Source of the DNA: Thermoanaerobaculia bacterium
Lineage (GTDB): Bacteria; Acidobacteriota; Thermoanaerobaculia; UBA5066; Gp7-AA6
Assembly (NCBI GenBank): GCA_046716885.1
Contig: JBKJWL010000054.1
Coordinates: forward strand, 8,708-72,707
Length of the DNA: 64,000 nucleotides
Reading direction: 5' to 3'
The notes under the pieces are model-generated. The model saw only the letters and a list, made by a program, of their open reading frames with translations. It was not told where the DNA came from and did no database searches. Shown one piece after another: positions 28,484 to 37,724 of this stretch (positions are counted from its first letter, which is position 1; every line of letters starts with the position of its first letter). A program made the translations under genes and the position numbers.

Positions 28484-29013
28484 CGACTCGCCCTCTCGGA
28501 ACCCGGTGTGTAGGCTCGGTACACAGTCTCGCGCTTGACGAGATCGACGACGACCCACCGGATCAGCCCCACTCGGTCCGGCGAAATCAGTTGGATCTGG
28601 ACGCACCGGCTTCCCGGGCCACAGCGCTCACCTCGCCCTTCTTCGAGCGCGAAGCCGCCCTCGAAGATCGCGGATCGTCTCGACGCGATTCGGTCGAGCT
28701 CGGGATCCGCGTGCACCACAGCCAACGCTTCGGTTAATTCCTCCCGGGAGGGTCTCGGCATGTTCTGCGTGATCTTCCGGCTTCCGGTGAGCTCGCCGTC
28801 CAGGGTGTAGTAGTTCTCGCGGGCGACTCCCAGCCCGTAGTCGAAGACGACCTCGACCCGCCGGGGGAACTCGCGGCCCCCCGCCTTGATGGTCTCCTCC
28901 CAGGTCCGGAGCAGGCGCACGGGCCGCGAGGTCCGGGTGACGGTCGCCGCCAGGGCGACGGCGGCCGGCACGACGGCCGCCAGAACCAGAAATGCCGGGG
29001 CGATTCTGCGCAT
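28480..29013 (-). CDS. secreted protein resembling copper amine oxidase N2/N3 domains
   Basis: Signal peptide; PRPSREELTEALAVVHADPEL and VVVDL motifs; ATGA overlap with the downstream gene. Confidence 0.55.
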   Translation of the reverse strand: MRRIAPAFLVLAAVVPAAVALAATVTRTSRPVRLLRTWEETIKAGGREFPRRVEVVFDYGLGVARENYYTLDGELTGSRKITQNMPRPSREELTEALAVVHADPELDRIASRRSAIFEGGFALEEGRGERCGPGSRCVQIQLISPDRVGLIRWVVVDLVKRETVYRAYTPGSERASR

Positions 29014-29069
29014 GGGCACCGTCCTTGTCGAGAGTAGGGGGGCATCGTAGCAAAGATGGCCCCCCGGGG

Positions 29070-30749
29070 CTACGGTGTGGCGGCCGCCTCCGCCAGGGCG
29101 CGTTTGCGGGCCGCTTCGAACTCGTCTCCCTTGTTCCACTCCGGCAGGGTCGGGGCGTTTGCGACGGCCACCCCGAGAGAGAAGCAAAGCTGCGCGTCCT
29201 CAACCGCGCCGGAGAGATCCCAGCTGTCCCGGTACTGGTCGGAGGGCTGGTGATAGTCCGTCCGGGTGTAGAGGTCGATCTGCTCGCGGCCCCAGCCAGC
29301 CGGCTTCCCGATCACCTCGGTCCCGGACTTGAGGTAGGCGGCCGGCACGCCGATCCTGGCGAAATTGAACTGGTCGGACCGGTAGAAGCTTCCGCGGTCG
29401 GGGAACTCGTCCGGCTTGACCGTGCGTCCCTGAGCGGCGGCGAGAGCGAGGATGTCGCGGTCGAGGCTCGATTTGCCGAGGCCGATGGCCGAGATGTCGC
29501 GGGTCTTCCCCCAGATCGCGGCCCCGTCGATATTGATGTTGGCGGCGATCCGTCCGGCCGGGACCGGCGGATGCTTCGCGAGGTACTCCGATCCGAGAAG
29601 GCCCTGCTCCTCTGCCGCCACGAACGCGAAGTAGACCGAGCGCGCAGCCGGTTTCGGCAGGTCCGCAAATGCTGCCGCGATCGCGAGGACCGCCCCCACG
29701 CCTGAGGCGTTGTCGAGCGCGCCGTTGTAGATCGCGTCGTCTCCCGGCTTGGCTCCCGTCTTCACCCCGAGGTGATCGTGGTGCGCCGTGTAGACGACGG
29801 CCTCCTTCGTGAGCTTCGGGCCGCCGCCCGCGATCACGCCGATCACGTTGGCCGACGTGGTCTTCTCGATCGTGTTGGCCATCGCGAGCGAGAGACGGAC
29901 GCCGAGAGGCACCGGGCGGAACTTGCGCGACTCGGCCGACTTCCGGAGCGCGTCGAGGTCCTTGCCGCCAAGAGCGGCGATCCGGCGGGATGCCTCCTCG
30001 GTCGCCCACCCCTGGAGCTCGAGGCGCGGCGATCCGTCGTCGGGAAGCACGAATCGCTCCCCGGACCAGGAAGTCTGCACGACCTGCCACGGATAGGCCG
30101 CCGACGGGGTCGTGTGAATGATGACGACGCCGGCCGCTCCCTTCTTTGCCGCCTGCTCGTACTTGTAGTCCCAGCGGCCGTAACGGAGCCGCGCCTTGCC
30201 GGCGAAGAGAGCGGGATCGCTCTCCGGATCGTTGTTCATTACGACGAGGACCTTGCCCTTCACGTCGGCGTCCTTGAAGTCGTCCCACCGGTGCTCCGGA
30301 GCGACGATTCCATAGCCGACGAAGACGAGCTCGGCGTCGTCGAGCCTGGCTGTCGGGTTCTGCGTGCCGGAGGTGGCGATGAAGTCGTCCGAACGCTTGA
30401 GGGTCAGGCTACGGCTCTTCGCCGTGAGGGTCAGGGTGTCGGGAACCTGGGAGGTGATCCCGATGAGCGGCACCTTCTGGTACCAGCCGCCGCCCGGCGC
30501 GCCGGGCTGAATGCCGAGGGCCTCGAGCTGCGCGGCGATGTACTCCTGGCCGAGCCGGTCCCCGCGGCTCCCGGGACCGCGCCCTTCGAGGAGGTCCGAG
30601 GCGAGGAATCGCACGTGCGCGCGGATGAGCTCCGGCGTGATCTCCGCGGCCGCCGCCTTCTCCGCGGCGCCGATGACGGCCGGAGACGCGGACGCGGCGG
30701 GCGAGACGAGCAGCGAAGAAACGGTCAGTGCGGCGGCGAGTAGGTCCAC
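29070..30749 (-). CDS. M28 family peptidase with PA domain
   Basis: LASDLLEGRGPG, AHHDHLG, NGALDNASG, AEEQGLLGS, RSD, YHQPSD. Confidence 0.93.
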   Translation of the reverse strand: MDLLAAALTVSSLLVSPAASASPAVIGAAEKAAAAEITPELIRAHVRFLASDLLEGRGPGSRGDRLGQEYIAAQLEALGIQPGAPGGGWYQKVPLIGITSQVPDTLTLTAKSRSLTLKRSDDFIATSGTQNPTARLDDAELVFVGYGIVAPEHRWDDFKDADVKGKVLVVMNNDPESDPALFAGKARLRYGRWDYKYEQAAKKGAAGVVIIHTTPSAAYPWQVVQTSWSGERFVLPDDGSPRLELQGWATEEASRRIAALGGKDLDALRKSAESRKFRPVPLGVRLSLAMANTIEKTTSANVIGVIAGGGPKLTKEAVVYTAHHDHLGVKTGAKPGDDAIYNGALDNASGVGAVLAIAAAFADLPKPAARSVYFAFVAAEEQGLLGSEYLAKHPPVPAGRIAANINIDGAAIWGKTRDISAIGLGKSSLDRDILALAAAQGRTVKPDEFPDRGSFYRSDQFNFARIGVPAAYLKSGTEVIGKPAGWGREQIDLYTRTDYHQPSDQYRDSWDLSGAVEDAQLCFSLGVAVANAPTLPEWNKGDEFEAARKRALAEAAATP

Positions 30750-30773
30750 GGGGAGGCCTCCTTGGGCGCGAGC

Positions 30774-32393
30774 TCAGGGTTTCGGTGCGGGCGCCTCGTT
30801 CTTCTGCTGTTCCTTCGGGGGCTCGTCTTTGGGCAGCGGCTTGCGCGGCATGAGGCTGTCGCGCACCGACGCCTGGTACGCGAAGGTGGCCATGACGACC
30901 GAGGCCTGCATGAGGTCGTTTTTCTGCAGGCGCTCGTAGAGGTCCATGTTCGTGTGGTGCGTGCGTGTGTCGTATTCGAGCACGTCCTGGATGAACTGGA
31001 AGCCGGGCAGGCCCGCCTCGTCGAACGACTCGTGATCGGTGCCGCCCGTGTCGTTCATCGTCACGAGGGTGGCGCCGAGGTCCTTCAACGGCGCGAGCCA
31101 GGCCTCGAAGATCGGCACGACCGCGGCGTTGTCCTCGGCATAGATGCCCCGGATCTTCCCGGTGCCGTTGTCGAGGTTGAAGTAGACCGAGAACTTCGCG
31201 TGCTCGGGTTTGATCGTCAGCGGGCCGGTGTTCTTGCGGAGGTAGAACGGCTTGTCCTTCTCTTCGGGAGTCGGTTCGGGCCGCGACGCCAAGTGCTGCG
31301 AGACGTAGGCGCGCGATCCGTAGACCCCCTGCTCTTCGCCGCTCCAGAGGCCGATCCGGATCGTGCGGCGCGGCCGCGCCCCGACGGCCTTCAGGATCCG
31401 CATCGCCTCCATGGCGACGACCGAGCCTGCACCGTTGTCGGTTGCGCCGGTGCCGCCGTGCCAGGAGTCCAGGTGCGCGCCGACCATCACGACCTCGTCC
31501 TTCCAGTCGGTGCCGGGGATCTCGGCAATCGTGTTCCACTGCATCAGGTCGTCTTCGATGAAGCGCGCCTTCACGTCCATCTCGATCTCGACGTCCACCT
31601 TGCGGTCGAGCAGGCGGGCGACGCGGCCGAAGTGCTCGGGCTCCATCGCCAGCGAGGGGAGACCCTGCGGGTCCCCCTTCTTCCACGATCCCCCGCCCTG
31701 GACGCCGAAGGTGCCGAAGTCGCCTCGGGCAGGCAGCACGATGGCGAGCGCCTTCTCCTCGGCGAAGAACTTCTCGGCCGCCTTGCGCAGTTCGCGCAGC
31801 TTCGCGAAAGCCGCGCGGTCGTAGCGCGGCGCGCGCCCCGGCATCTCGTACTCGAAGAGCTCGGCCATCGCCTTCTCGTCGTACCGCCCGGATTCCGGCT
31901 TCTCGTGGAGCTTGAGCTCGCGGGGCTCGCCGAAGAACACGATCTTGCCCGCGAGCGTCCCTTTGAGCTTCTCGAGCTCCTCCTTCGCCTTGACGTTGAC
32001 CCGGGCGGCGCTGGCGCGCACCGGGCCGTTGGTCCCCGGTGTCCAGGCCTCCGGGAGCGCGTAGAGCTGCGCCGCGTCGGGAGCGACCATGCGGATCGAG
32101 CAGGCCTCGTAGGTCCAGCCGCGCCCGAAGGGTCCCCAGCTATCCAGATGCGCGTTGGCGAGGCCCCACTCGGCGAGCCTCGACTTCGTCCACTCGTTGG
32201 CCGCCTTCATCTGGGGCGATCCCGTCAGCCGCGGCCCGATCCGATCCATCAGTTCGGACGCCGTCTCCATGACTTTGGAGTTCGTGAAACCCTCTTGACG
32301 GATTCGCGTGATCATGTCGAGGTCGACGCGCTCCTCGGAGGCCATCGGAGCGGCCAGAACCGACAGGCAGAGCAGAGCGGTGAAGCGTTTCAG
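30774..32393 (-). CDS. M28 family carboxypeptidase Q-like peptidase
   Basis: IGPRLTGS, GAHLDSW, GATDN, GEEQG, DNG.G, TDH, HHTNMD. Probable CTG start after GAGGAGG. Confidence 0.92.
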   Translation of the reverse strand: MKRFTALLCLSVLAAPMASEERVDLDMITRIRQEGFTNSKVMETASELMDRIGPRLTGSPQMKAANEWTKSRLAEWGLANAHLDSWGPFGRGWTYEACSIRMVAPDAAQLYALPEAWTPGTNGPVRASAARVNVKAKEELEKLKGTLAGKIVFFGEPRELKLHEKPESGRYDEKAMAELFEYEMPGRAPRYDRAAFAKLRELRKAAEKFFAEEKALAIVLPARGDFGTFGVQGGGSWKKGDPQGLPSLAMEPEHFGRVARLLDRKVDVEIEMDVKARFIEDDLMQWNTIAEIPGTDWKDEVVMVGAHLDSWHGGTGATDNGAGSVVAMEAMRILKAVGARPRRTIRIGLWSGEEQGVYGSRAYVSQHLASRPEPTPEEKDKPFYLRKNTGPLTIKPEHAKFSVYFNLDNGTGKIRGIYAEDNAAVVPIFEAWLAPLKDLGATLVTMNDTGGTDHESFDEAGLPGFQFIQDVLEYDTRTHHTNMDLYERLQKNDLMQASVVMATFAYQASVRDSLMPRKPLPKDEPPKEQQKNEAPAPKP

Positions 32394-32545
32394 GATATAC
32401 CTCCTCGGAGCAAAACCGCGGAACGGTACCACCCCACTCCGGAGCGGTCAACCACGGGCGGCATCCGCTCTCTCGCGCTCGCCTCCGAGGACTTTCCGGG
32501 CTGCGCTCGGGTACGATCCAATTTCCCGACAGTTGGGAGGTTGCC

Positions 32546-33724
32546 CTGAATCCAGCTGGTGCGCTTTCGCGGCTCGCGACATTCTCGCTTGTGGCCATTG
32601 TGTCCGTTCCAGGCCCAGCCGCGGCCGAGGACCCGGGTTTCGTGCTGCAGGGCGAGGGGGGGCTCGTCACGTCGCTGGTGCTCGATCCCTCCGCCCCGGC
32701 GACGCTGTACGCGACGACTGCGCGCGGCCTCTTCAAGTCGACCGACGGCGGCACCACGTGGCAGCCGCGCAACCGGGGGCTGGAACGCCACTCGGTGCTC
32801 GGTCTCGCCGTGAATCCGCAGTCCCCCGCCCAGCTCTTCGCCACGACCGACACGGGCGGAATGTACCGGAGCGAGGACGGCGGTCTGAACTGGGCGGCGG
32901 CCAACGACGGGCTGTCCGCGCGCTACGTCGGGACCGTCACGGTCGATCCCCATCGGCGGGCGACGCTCTATGCGGGCGCCGAGGCAGGACGCCTCTTCAA
33001 AAGCACGGATGCCGGAAGGACATGGACGGAGCTGACGACCCCCATCTCCCGCGTCACGGTCACGTCGATCACCGTCGACCCCGCTCGGCCGGACTCCCTC
33101 TACGTCGGAACCAACAGCCAGGGCATCTTCAAGACGAACGACGGCGGAACGACCTGGATTCAGCCGGCCGGCCGCCTGCGAAAGGGAACCGTCTGGAACG
33201 TGACCGTCGACACGACGACGCCGACGACTGTTTACGCCGGTACGCACGATGGTCTCTTCAAAAGCGTCGACGGGGGCCTCAACTGGTCTATTAGCCACCG
33301 GGGAATGCTGAGCATCAACGTCCTGGCGCTGGCGATGCACCCGTCCGATCCGGCGATGCTTTATGCCGCGACGGCTTTCGGCATCTACAAGTCGACCGAC
33401 GCGGGAGGGAGCTGGACCCTGTTGAAGCGAGACCTGTACGTCACGGCGCTCGCGATCGACCCGCTCACGCCCTCGGTGCTCTACGCCGGCACACACCTCG
33501 GCGTCCTCAAGACCCACAACGCAGGCTCGGATTGGGCGCCCGTGCGATTGGCGGGCACAGAGGCGCGTCCCGCCGCGCCGCTGCCCCCCCTTCCCGCGCT
33601 CGGACGGCGCGCGCCGCCGCCGCCGGGACCACTGAGGCCCCTTCCGGTCCGCTCGCGGCGACCCCAGGCGCATCAGCCGGAACCGCGAAAGCTCCTCTCG
33701 ATCAAGTCGCCAGGAAAAGAGTGA
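32546..33724 (+). CDS. secreted BNR/YCF48-like beta-propeller protein
   Basis: Repeated DP....LYA.T..G.FKSTDGG.TW blades; Pro/Arg-rich tail. Probable CTG start after GGGAGG; GTG 32591 is the alternative. Confidence 0.85.
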   Translation: MNPAGALSRLATFSLVAIVSVPGPAAAEDPGFVLQGEGGLVTSLVLDPSAPATLYATTARGLFKSTDGGTTWQPRNRGLERHSVLGLAVNPQSPAQLFATTDTGGMYRSEDGGLNWAAANDGLSARYVGTVTVDPHRRATLYAGAEAGRLFKSTDAGRTWTELTTPISRVTVTSITVDPARPDSLYVGTNSQGIFKTNDGGTTWIQPAGRLRKGTVWNVTVDTTTPTTVYAGTHDGLFKSVDGGLNWSISHRGMLSINVLALAMHPSDPAMLYAATAFGIYKSTDAGGSWTLLKRDLYVTALAIDPLTPSVLYAGTHLGVLKTHNAGSDWAPVRLAGTEARPAAPLPPLPALGRRAPPPPGPLRPLPVRSRRPQAHQPEPRKLLSIKSPGKE

Positions 33725-34679
33725 TCGCGAACCGCGCGTCCGGCTCGATCCACTGCTCGTGGAGGCGAAAGCCCGCCCCCTCTCCCATCGCGACGACCTC
33801 CTCGGCCTGATACTTGTAGGAGCTCTCGGTCCAGATCCACTCGCCCGCGGTGAAGGAGACCTCGCATTCCGCGCGGGGGATGCGGACCGTCTGGCGACAT
33901 TGCGACACGAGGCGCATCTCGACGCGCGCTTCCCGCGGGCTCCAGACGGCGCGGTGACCGAACGCGGACAGGTCGAAGTCCGCGAGGAGCTCTGTGTTGA
34001 TCCGCTGAAGCACGTTCTTGTTGAAGGCCGCCGTGACGCCCAGGGGATCGTCGTAGGCCAGCAGCAGCTCGCTCTCCGGCTTGAGGAGGTCCGTTCCCAG
34101 GAGCAGCGCGTCGCCGGGCCGCAGTGTGCCGCGGATCTCGCGCAGGAACTCTTGCGCCGCGGGCCGGTCGAAGTTGCCGATGTTGGACCCGAGAAAGAGG
34201 GTCATCAGCGTGCCGTGCGCCGGCCGCTCGCGCGCCGCGTGCCGCAAGCCCTCCTCGTACGTCGCGCGATGCCCGACCACCGAGATGTGCTCGAGCCGGC
34301 CGAGCGTGCGCTCCGAGAGCTCGAGCGCGTCCGGCGAGATGTCGATCAGGTGAACGAGGACCCTCTTGCGCCGGCTGCGCAGGCTTTCGGCGATCATCGC
34401 CAGCTTTTCGCCGCTGCCGCAGCCGAGCTCCACGAGCGTGACCGGGTCCGCCGCGGGCCCGACCATGTCCGCGGCGAAGTTCGACAGCAGCCTCCCCTCG
34501 GCCCGCGTGATCCGATACCACGGCAGGTGGCAGATCGCCTCGAAGAGCGCGGAGCCGAGGCCGTTGTAGAGGTACCGGGATTGGAGCTGCTTGGGGTCGA
34601 GGGCCAGATCCCGCCGCACGTCGGCCGCGAAGTCGCGAACGGACTCGAGAGGCGGTGCCTGGGCGCTCGTCGGGATCAT
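33702..34679 (-). CDS. egtD: L-histidine N-alpha-methyltransferase
   Basis: GSALFEAIC.LPWY..TRAE, ELGCGS, FLGSNIGNF, AYDD..GVTAAFN.N, TESSYKY. Confidence 0.93.
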   Translation of the reverse strand: MIPTSAQAPPLESVRDFAADVRRDLALDPKQLQSRYLYNGLGSALFEAICHLPWYRITRAEGRLLSNFAADMVGPAADPVTLVELGCGSGEKLAMIAESLRSRRKRVLVHLIDISPDALELSERTLGRLEHISVVGHRATYEEGLRHAARERPAHGTLMTLFLGSNIGNFDRPAAQEFLREIRGTLRPGDALLLGTDLLKPESELLLAYDDPLGVTAAFNKNVLQRINTELLADFDLSAFGHRAVWSPREARVEMRLVSQCRQTVRIPRAECEVSFTAGEWIWTESSYKYQAEEVVAMGEGAGFRLHEQWIEPDARFAITLFLAT

Positions 34680-34695
34680 GGAAGTGACTGCCCGC

Positions 34696-36024
34696 TCATC
34701 CCACAAGCCGGAACTTCGCGTAGACAAACGGATAATTCCCCCGAAACCAGTTCCGGTAGCTCCTCCGGAGCAGCTCCCTGGCCGTCGCCGGGGAGGCGCC
34801 CTTCAGGACCCGGTGCTTCCCGTCGAAGAAGTCGGCGGAGTACTGCGGGTAGGACGGCATCGGCTCGAAGCCCGCAAAGCCGTCGAATCGTGTGGAGGTC
34901 CACTCCCAGCCGTTGCCGACGAGGTCGTGAATGCCCCACGCGCTCGCGCCTCGCGGATACGAGCCCACCGGAACCGGATCGTCGGAGGCGAGATCGAAGT
35001 TGCCGCGCGAGGGGTCCGGGCCCTCCTCTCCCCAGGGATAGGCGCGCTCGGCTCCTTCCGGCGTCCCGTAGGACGCGCGGTGAAACTCCGCCTCGGTCAT
35101 GAGCCGCGCCCCCTTCCAGCGGGCGTAGGCCGCCGCTTCCGCGTGCGTCGCGTAGACCGGCCAGGCCATCGGCAGGGGAATGAGATCCCACATGCCGCGC
35201 CAGAACCAGCTTCCGCGATGGAGCTCCCAGAAGAGCGGGTGTCGCGCGGATTGCTCGGTGCGCCACTGCCAGCCTTCCTCGTCCCACAGGACCTCATTCC
35301 CGTATCCCCCGGCGTCGAGAAACTCGAGGAAGTCGCGGTTGGTGACGCTGTAGACGTCGATCGTGAACTCAGGGACCTCGACCCGATGCGCGGGCCGCTC
35401 GTTGTCCCACGCGAACGGCGCCTGCTCGGGATCGGCTCCAAGCGTCGCCGTCCCCGCCGGGACGCGCACGGACCGCCGCGCCGGCGGCTCGCCCCCGATG
35501 CGAGGTGTTGAAAGACCGAGGGGCCGCACCTTCTGGTCGTACGGCAGCCGGTGCCACATGTAGCGCAGAGTCTCGAGGTGCATCGGCTCGGGCTCGAGGA
35601 CGGCCCAGGCCGCCAGGCCGCCCCGCAGGATAGGGTTGTCTTCGCGGAAGATGTCGCGGTGCGCGATGGCGTCGAGGACCGCGCGGTCCGCGGCGGCCGC
35701 GTAGCTGCGGATCTCGATGCGGGAGGGCCACGCGCTCGCGCCCGCGGGAACCGCTTTCTCGTCGTCCGGGTCGATGCCCCGCTCGAACAGCACCTCGTAG
35801 TCGGGGTCGACCGGGCCGTCGCCGAGCCCGCGCTTCAACAGCGTGTTCACCGCGAAGGCGGGGATGTGGCCTTCATAGAAGCAGATCGGGTTGCGCAGAG
35901 CGATGGGCCGCGTCTCGTAGGCCTCCGGCCGCACCGAGTCGAAGAGCGCCTCGGTGCGCTCGCGGTTGCGGATGTACCAGGCCGCGAGGGCCTCGCGATC
36001 GAGGGGCGTATCCGTAGCCACCAT
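34696..36024 (-). CDS. egtB: EgtB/OvoA-like sulfoxide synthase (DinB_2 plus FGE-sulfatase)
   Basis: RPIALRNPICFYEGHIPAF, WDNE.P, GNGWEWT, YSADFFDG.H.VLKG.S; adjacent to egtD. Confidence 0.85.
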   Translation of the reverse strand: MVATDTPLDREALAAWYIRNRERTEALFDSVRPEAYETRPIALRNPICFYEGHIPAFAVNTLLKRGLGDGPVDPDYEVLFERGIDPDDEKAVPAGASAWPSRIEIRSYAAAADRAVLDAIAHRDIFREDNPILRGGLAAWAVLEPEPMHLETLRYMWHRLPYDQKVRPLGLSTPRIGGEPPARRSVRVPAGTATLGADPEQAPFAWDNERPAHRVEVPEFTIDVYSVTNRDFLEFLDAGGYGNEVLWDEEGWQWRTEQSARHPLFWELHRGSWFWRGMWDLIPLPMAWPVYATHAEAAAYARWKGARLMTEAEFHRASYGTPEGAERAYPWGEEGPDPSRGNFDLASDDPVPVGSYPRGASAWGIHDLVGNGWEWTSTRFDGFAGFEPMPSYPQYSADFFDGKHRVLKGASPATARELLRRSYRNWFRGNYPFVYAKFRLVG

Positions 36025-36063
36025 CCAAAGATACTCTGCAAGGAAGATGCTAGATTCGCGATC

Positions 36064-37716
36064 ATGAATGTGGCCCTCCTCGCTCTCGGCGCGCTCGCGG
36101 TCGCCTCCCCGGCGCCGCGGCTGACCTTCGCCACGAACCTCGCGGAGCGGCTCGCGAAGCTGCCCCGCACCGCGATCGACTACGACCGAGCGCTGCTGGA
36201 CGAGCGGGAAACGCGCGTCCTGCAGGAGCTCATCGAGGCCTCGAGGCCCGTCGGGGAGATCTTCCTGCGCCAGGTCTCGAAGGGGAACCCGCGGCTCCGC
36301 CGGCCGCTCTCCGGCGAGGCCGCGAAGGGCGCGCCCGGCGCCGCCGAGGCTTTGAGCCTGTTCCGGATCCATGCGGGCCCGTGGGATCGCCTCGACGGCA
36401 ACACGCCGTTCATCGGCGCCAAGCCCAAGCCGCCGGGGGCCGCCTTCTACCCCGCCGACCTGACGAAGGAGGAGTTCCAGCGCTGGGTCTCGGCGCACCC
36501 CGCGGACCGGAAGGCTTTCGAGGGCCTCTTCACGGTGATCCGGCGGGACGGCCGAAGCCTCGCCGCGATCCCCTACTCGCGCGAATACCGCAACTTCCTC
36601 GAGGCGATCGTGCCGCGTCTGCGCAATGCGGCGAGCCTGACGGGCAACGCGTCGCTGGCCGCGTATCTCACGAAGCTCTCCCGGGCTCTCCTGGCCGACG
36701 ACTATTACCCGTCGGACGTCGCCTGGATGGATATCGATTCCGACATCGAGTTCATCCTGGGACCCTACGAGGTCTACGAGGACCGGCTCTTCAACTACAA
36801 GGCTTCCTTCACGGCCTTCGTCACCGTGCGCGACAAGACCGAAAGCGCGAAGCTCGCGATCTACGCAAAGCACCTGCCCGACATGGAGAAGAACCTCCCC
36901 ATCCCGGACGAGCACAAGAACCTGGATCGTAAGTTCGAGTCGCCGATCCGCGTCGTGCAGGAGGTCTTCACGGCGGGCGACACGCGCGCCGGTGTCCAGA
37001 CCGCGGCCTTCAACCTTCCCAACGACGAGCGCGTGCGCCAGGCCAGGGGCTCGAAGAAGATTCTGCTGAAGAACGTGATGGAGGCCAAGTACCGCGTCGC
37101 CGGCAAGCCCATCGCCGAGCGCGTGCTCGACCCCGCGCAGATCTCCGCGCTGTCCTTCGATGCCTTCTTCAACCAGACCCTTTTTCACGAGCTCGCGCAC
37201 AGCCTGGGCCCGGGCATCATCACGGGGCCCGACGGCCGGAAGGTCGAGGCGCGCATCCCGCTCCAGAACCTCTACTCCACGATCGAGGAGTGCAAGGCCG
37301 ACGTCGTCGGCATGTGGGCGTTGCTCCAGGCGATCGACAGCGAATGGCTGACGTCCTTCGACGAGAACGCCCTCGCGGTGACCGTCTCGGCGCTCTTCTA
37401 CCGCTCGATCCGGTTCGGCGTGGACGAGGCGCACGGCGGCGGGACCGCGGTCCAGTGGAACTGGTTTCGCGAGAAGGGCGCGGTCGTCCCCGCCGGAGAG
37501 GGACGCTTCCACGTCGAGACCGCCCGGTTCCGCGAGGCCGTCAAAAGCCTCGCCCATGAGCTCCTCATGATCGAGGCGACAGGCGATTTCGCGAGGGCCC
37601 GTAAGCTGCTCGATACATACGGACAATCCAACCCGGAAATGGACGCGGTCAATGCACGGTTGAAAGACATTCCGGTCGACATCGCCCCCATTTACGTCGC
37701 GGCCGGAGAAAAGTGA
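36064..37716 (+). CDS. dipeptidyl peptidase III (M49)-like zinc peptidase
   Basis: GPYEVYED, AFNLPND, HELAH, IEECKAD. Confidence 0.88.
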   Translation: MNVALLALGALAVASPAPRLTFATNLAERLAKLPRTAIDYDRALLDERETRVLQELIEASRPVGEIFLRQVSKGNPRLRRPLSGEAAKGAPGAAEALSLFRIHAGPWDRLDGNTPFIGAKPKPPGAAFYPADLTKEEFQRWVSAHPADRKAFEGLFTVIRRDGRSLAAIPYSREYRNFLEAIVPRLRNAASLTGNASLAAYLTKLSRALLADDYYPSDVAWMDIDSDIEFILGPYEVYEDRLFNYKASFTAFVTVRDKTESAKLAIYAKHLPDMEKNLPIPDEHKNLDRKFESPIRVVQEVFTAGDTRAGVQTAAFNLPNDERVRQARGSKKILLKNVMEAKYRVAGKPIAERVLDPAQISALSFDAFFNQTLFHELAHSLGPGIITGPDGRKVEARIPLQNLYSTIEECKADVVGMWALLQAIDSEWLTSFDENALAVTVSALFYRSIRFGVDEAHGGGTAVQWNWFREKGAVVPAGEGRFHVETARFREAVKSLAHELLMIEATGDFARARKLLDTYGQSNPEMDAVNARLKDIPVDIAPIYVAAGEK

Positions 37717-37724
37717 GGAAAACC

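Noticed and set aside
36025-37626. Apparent 976-aa EgtB with a long N-terminal extension
   Set aside because: The extension is the antisense shadow of the M49 peptidase; EgtB homology begins at ~36024.
36064-37716. HEXXH instead of HEXXGH in the DPP III-like protein
   Set aside because: Pentapeptide M49 variants are already described in plants and some bacteria.
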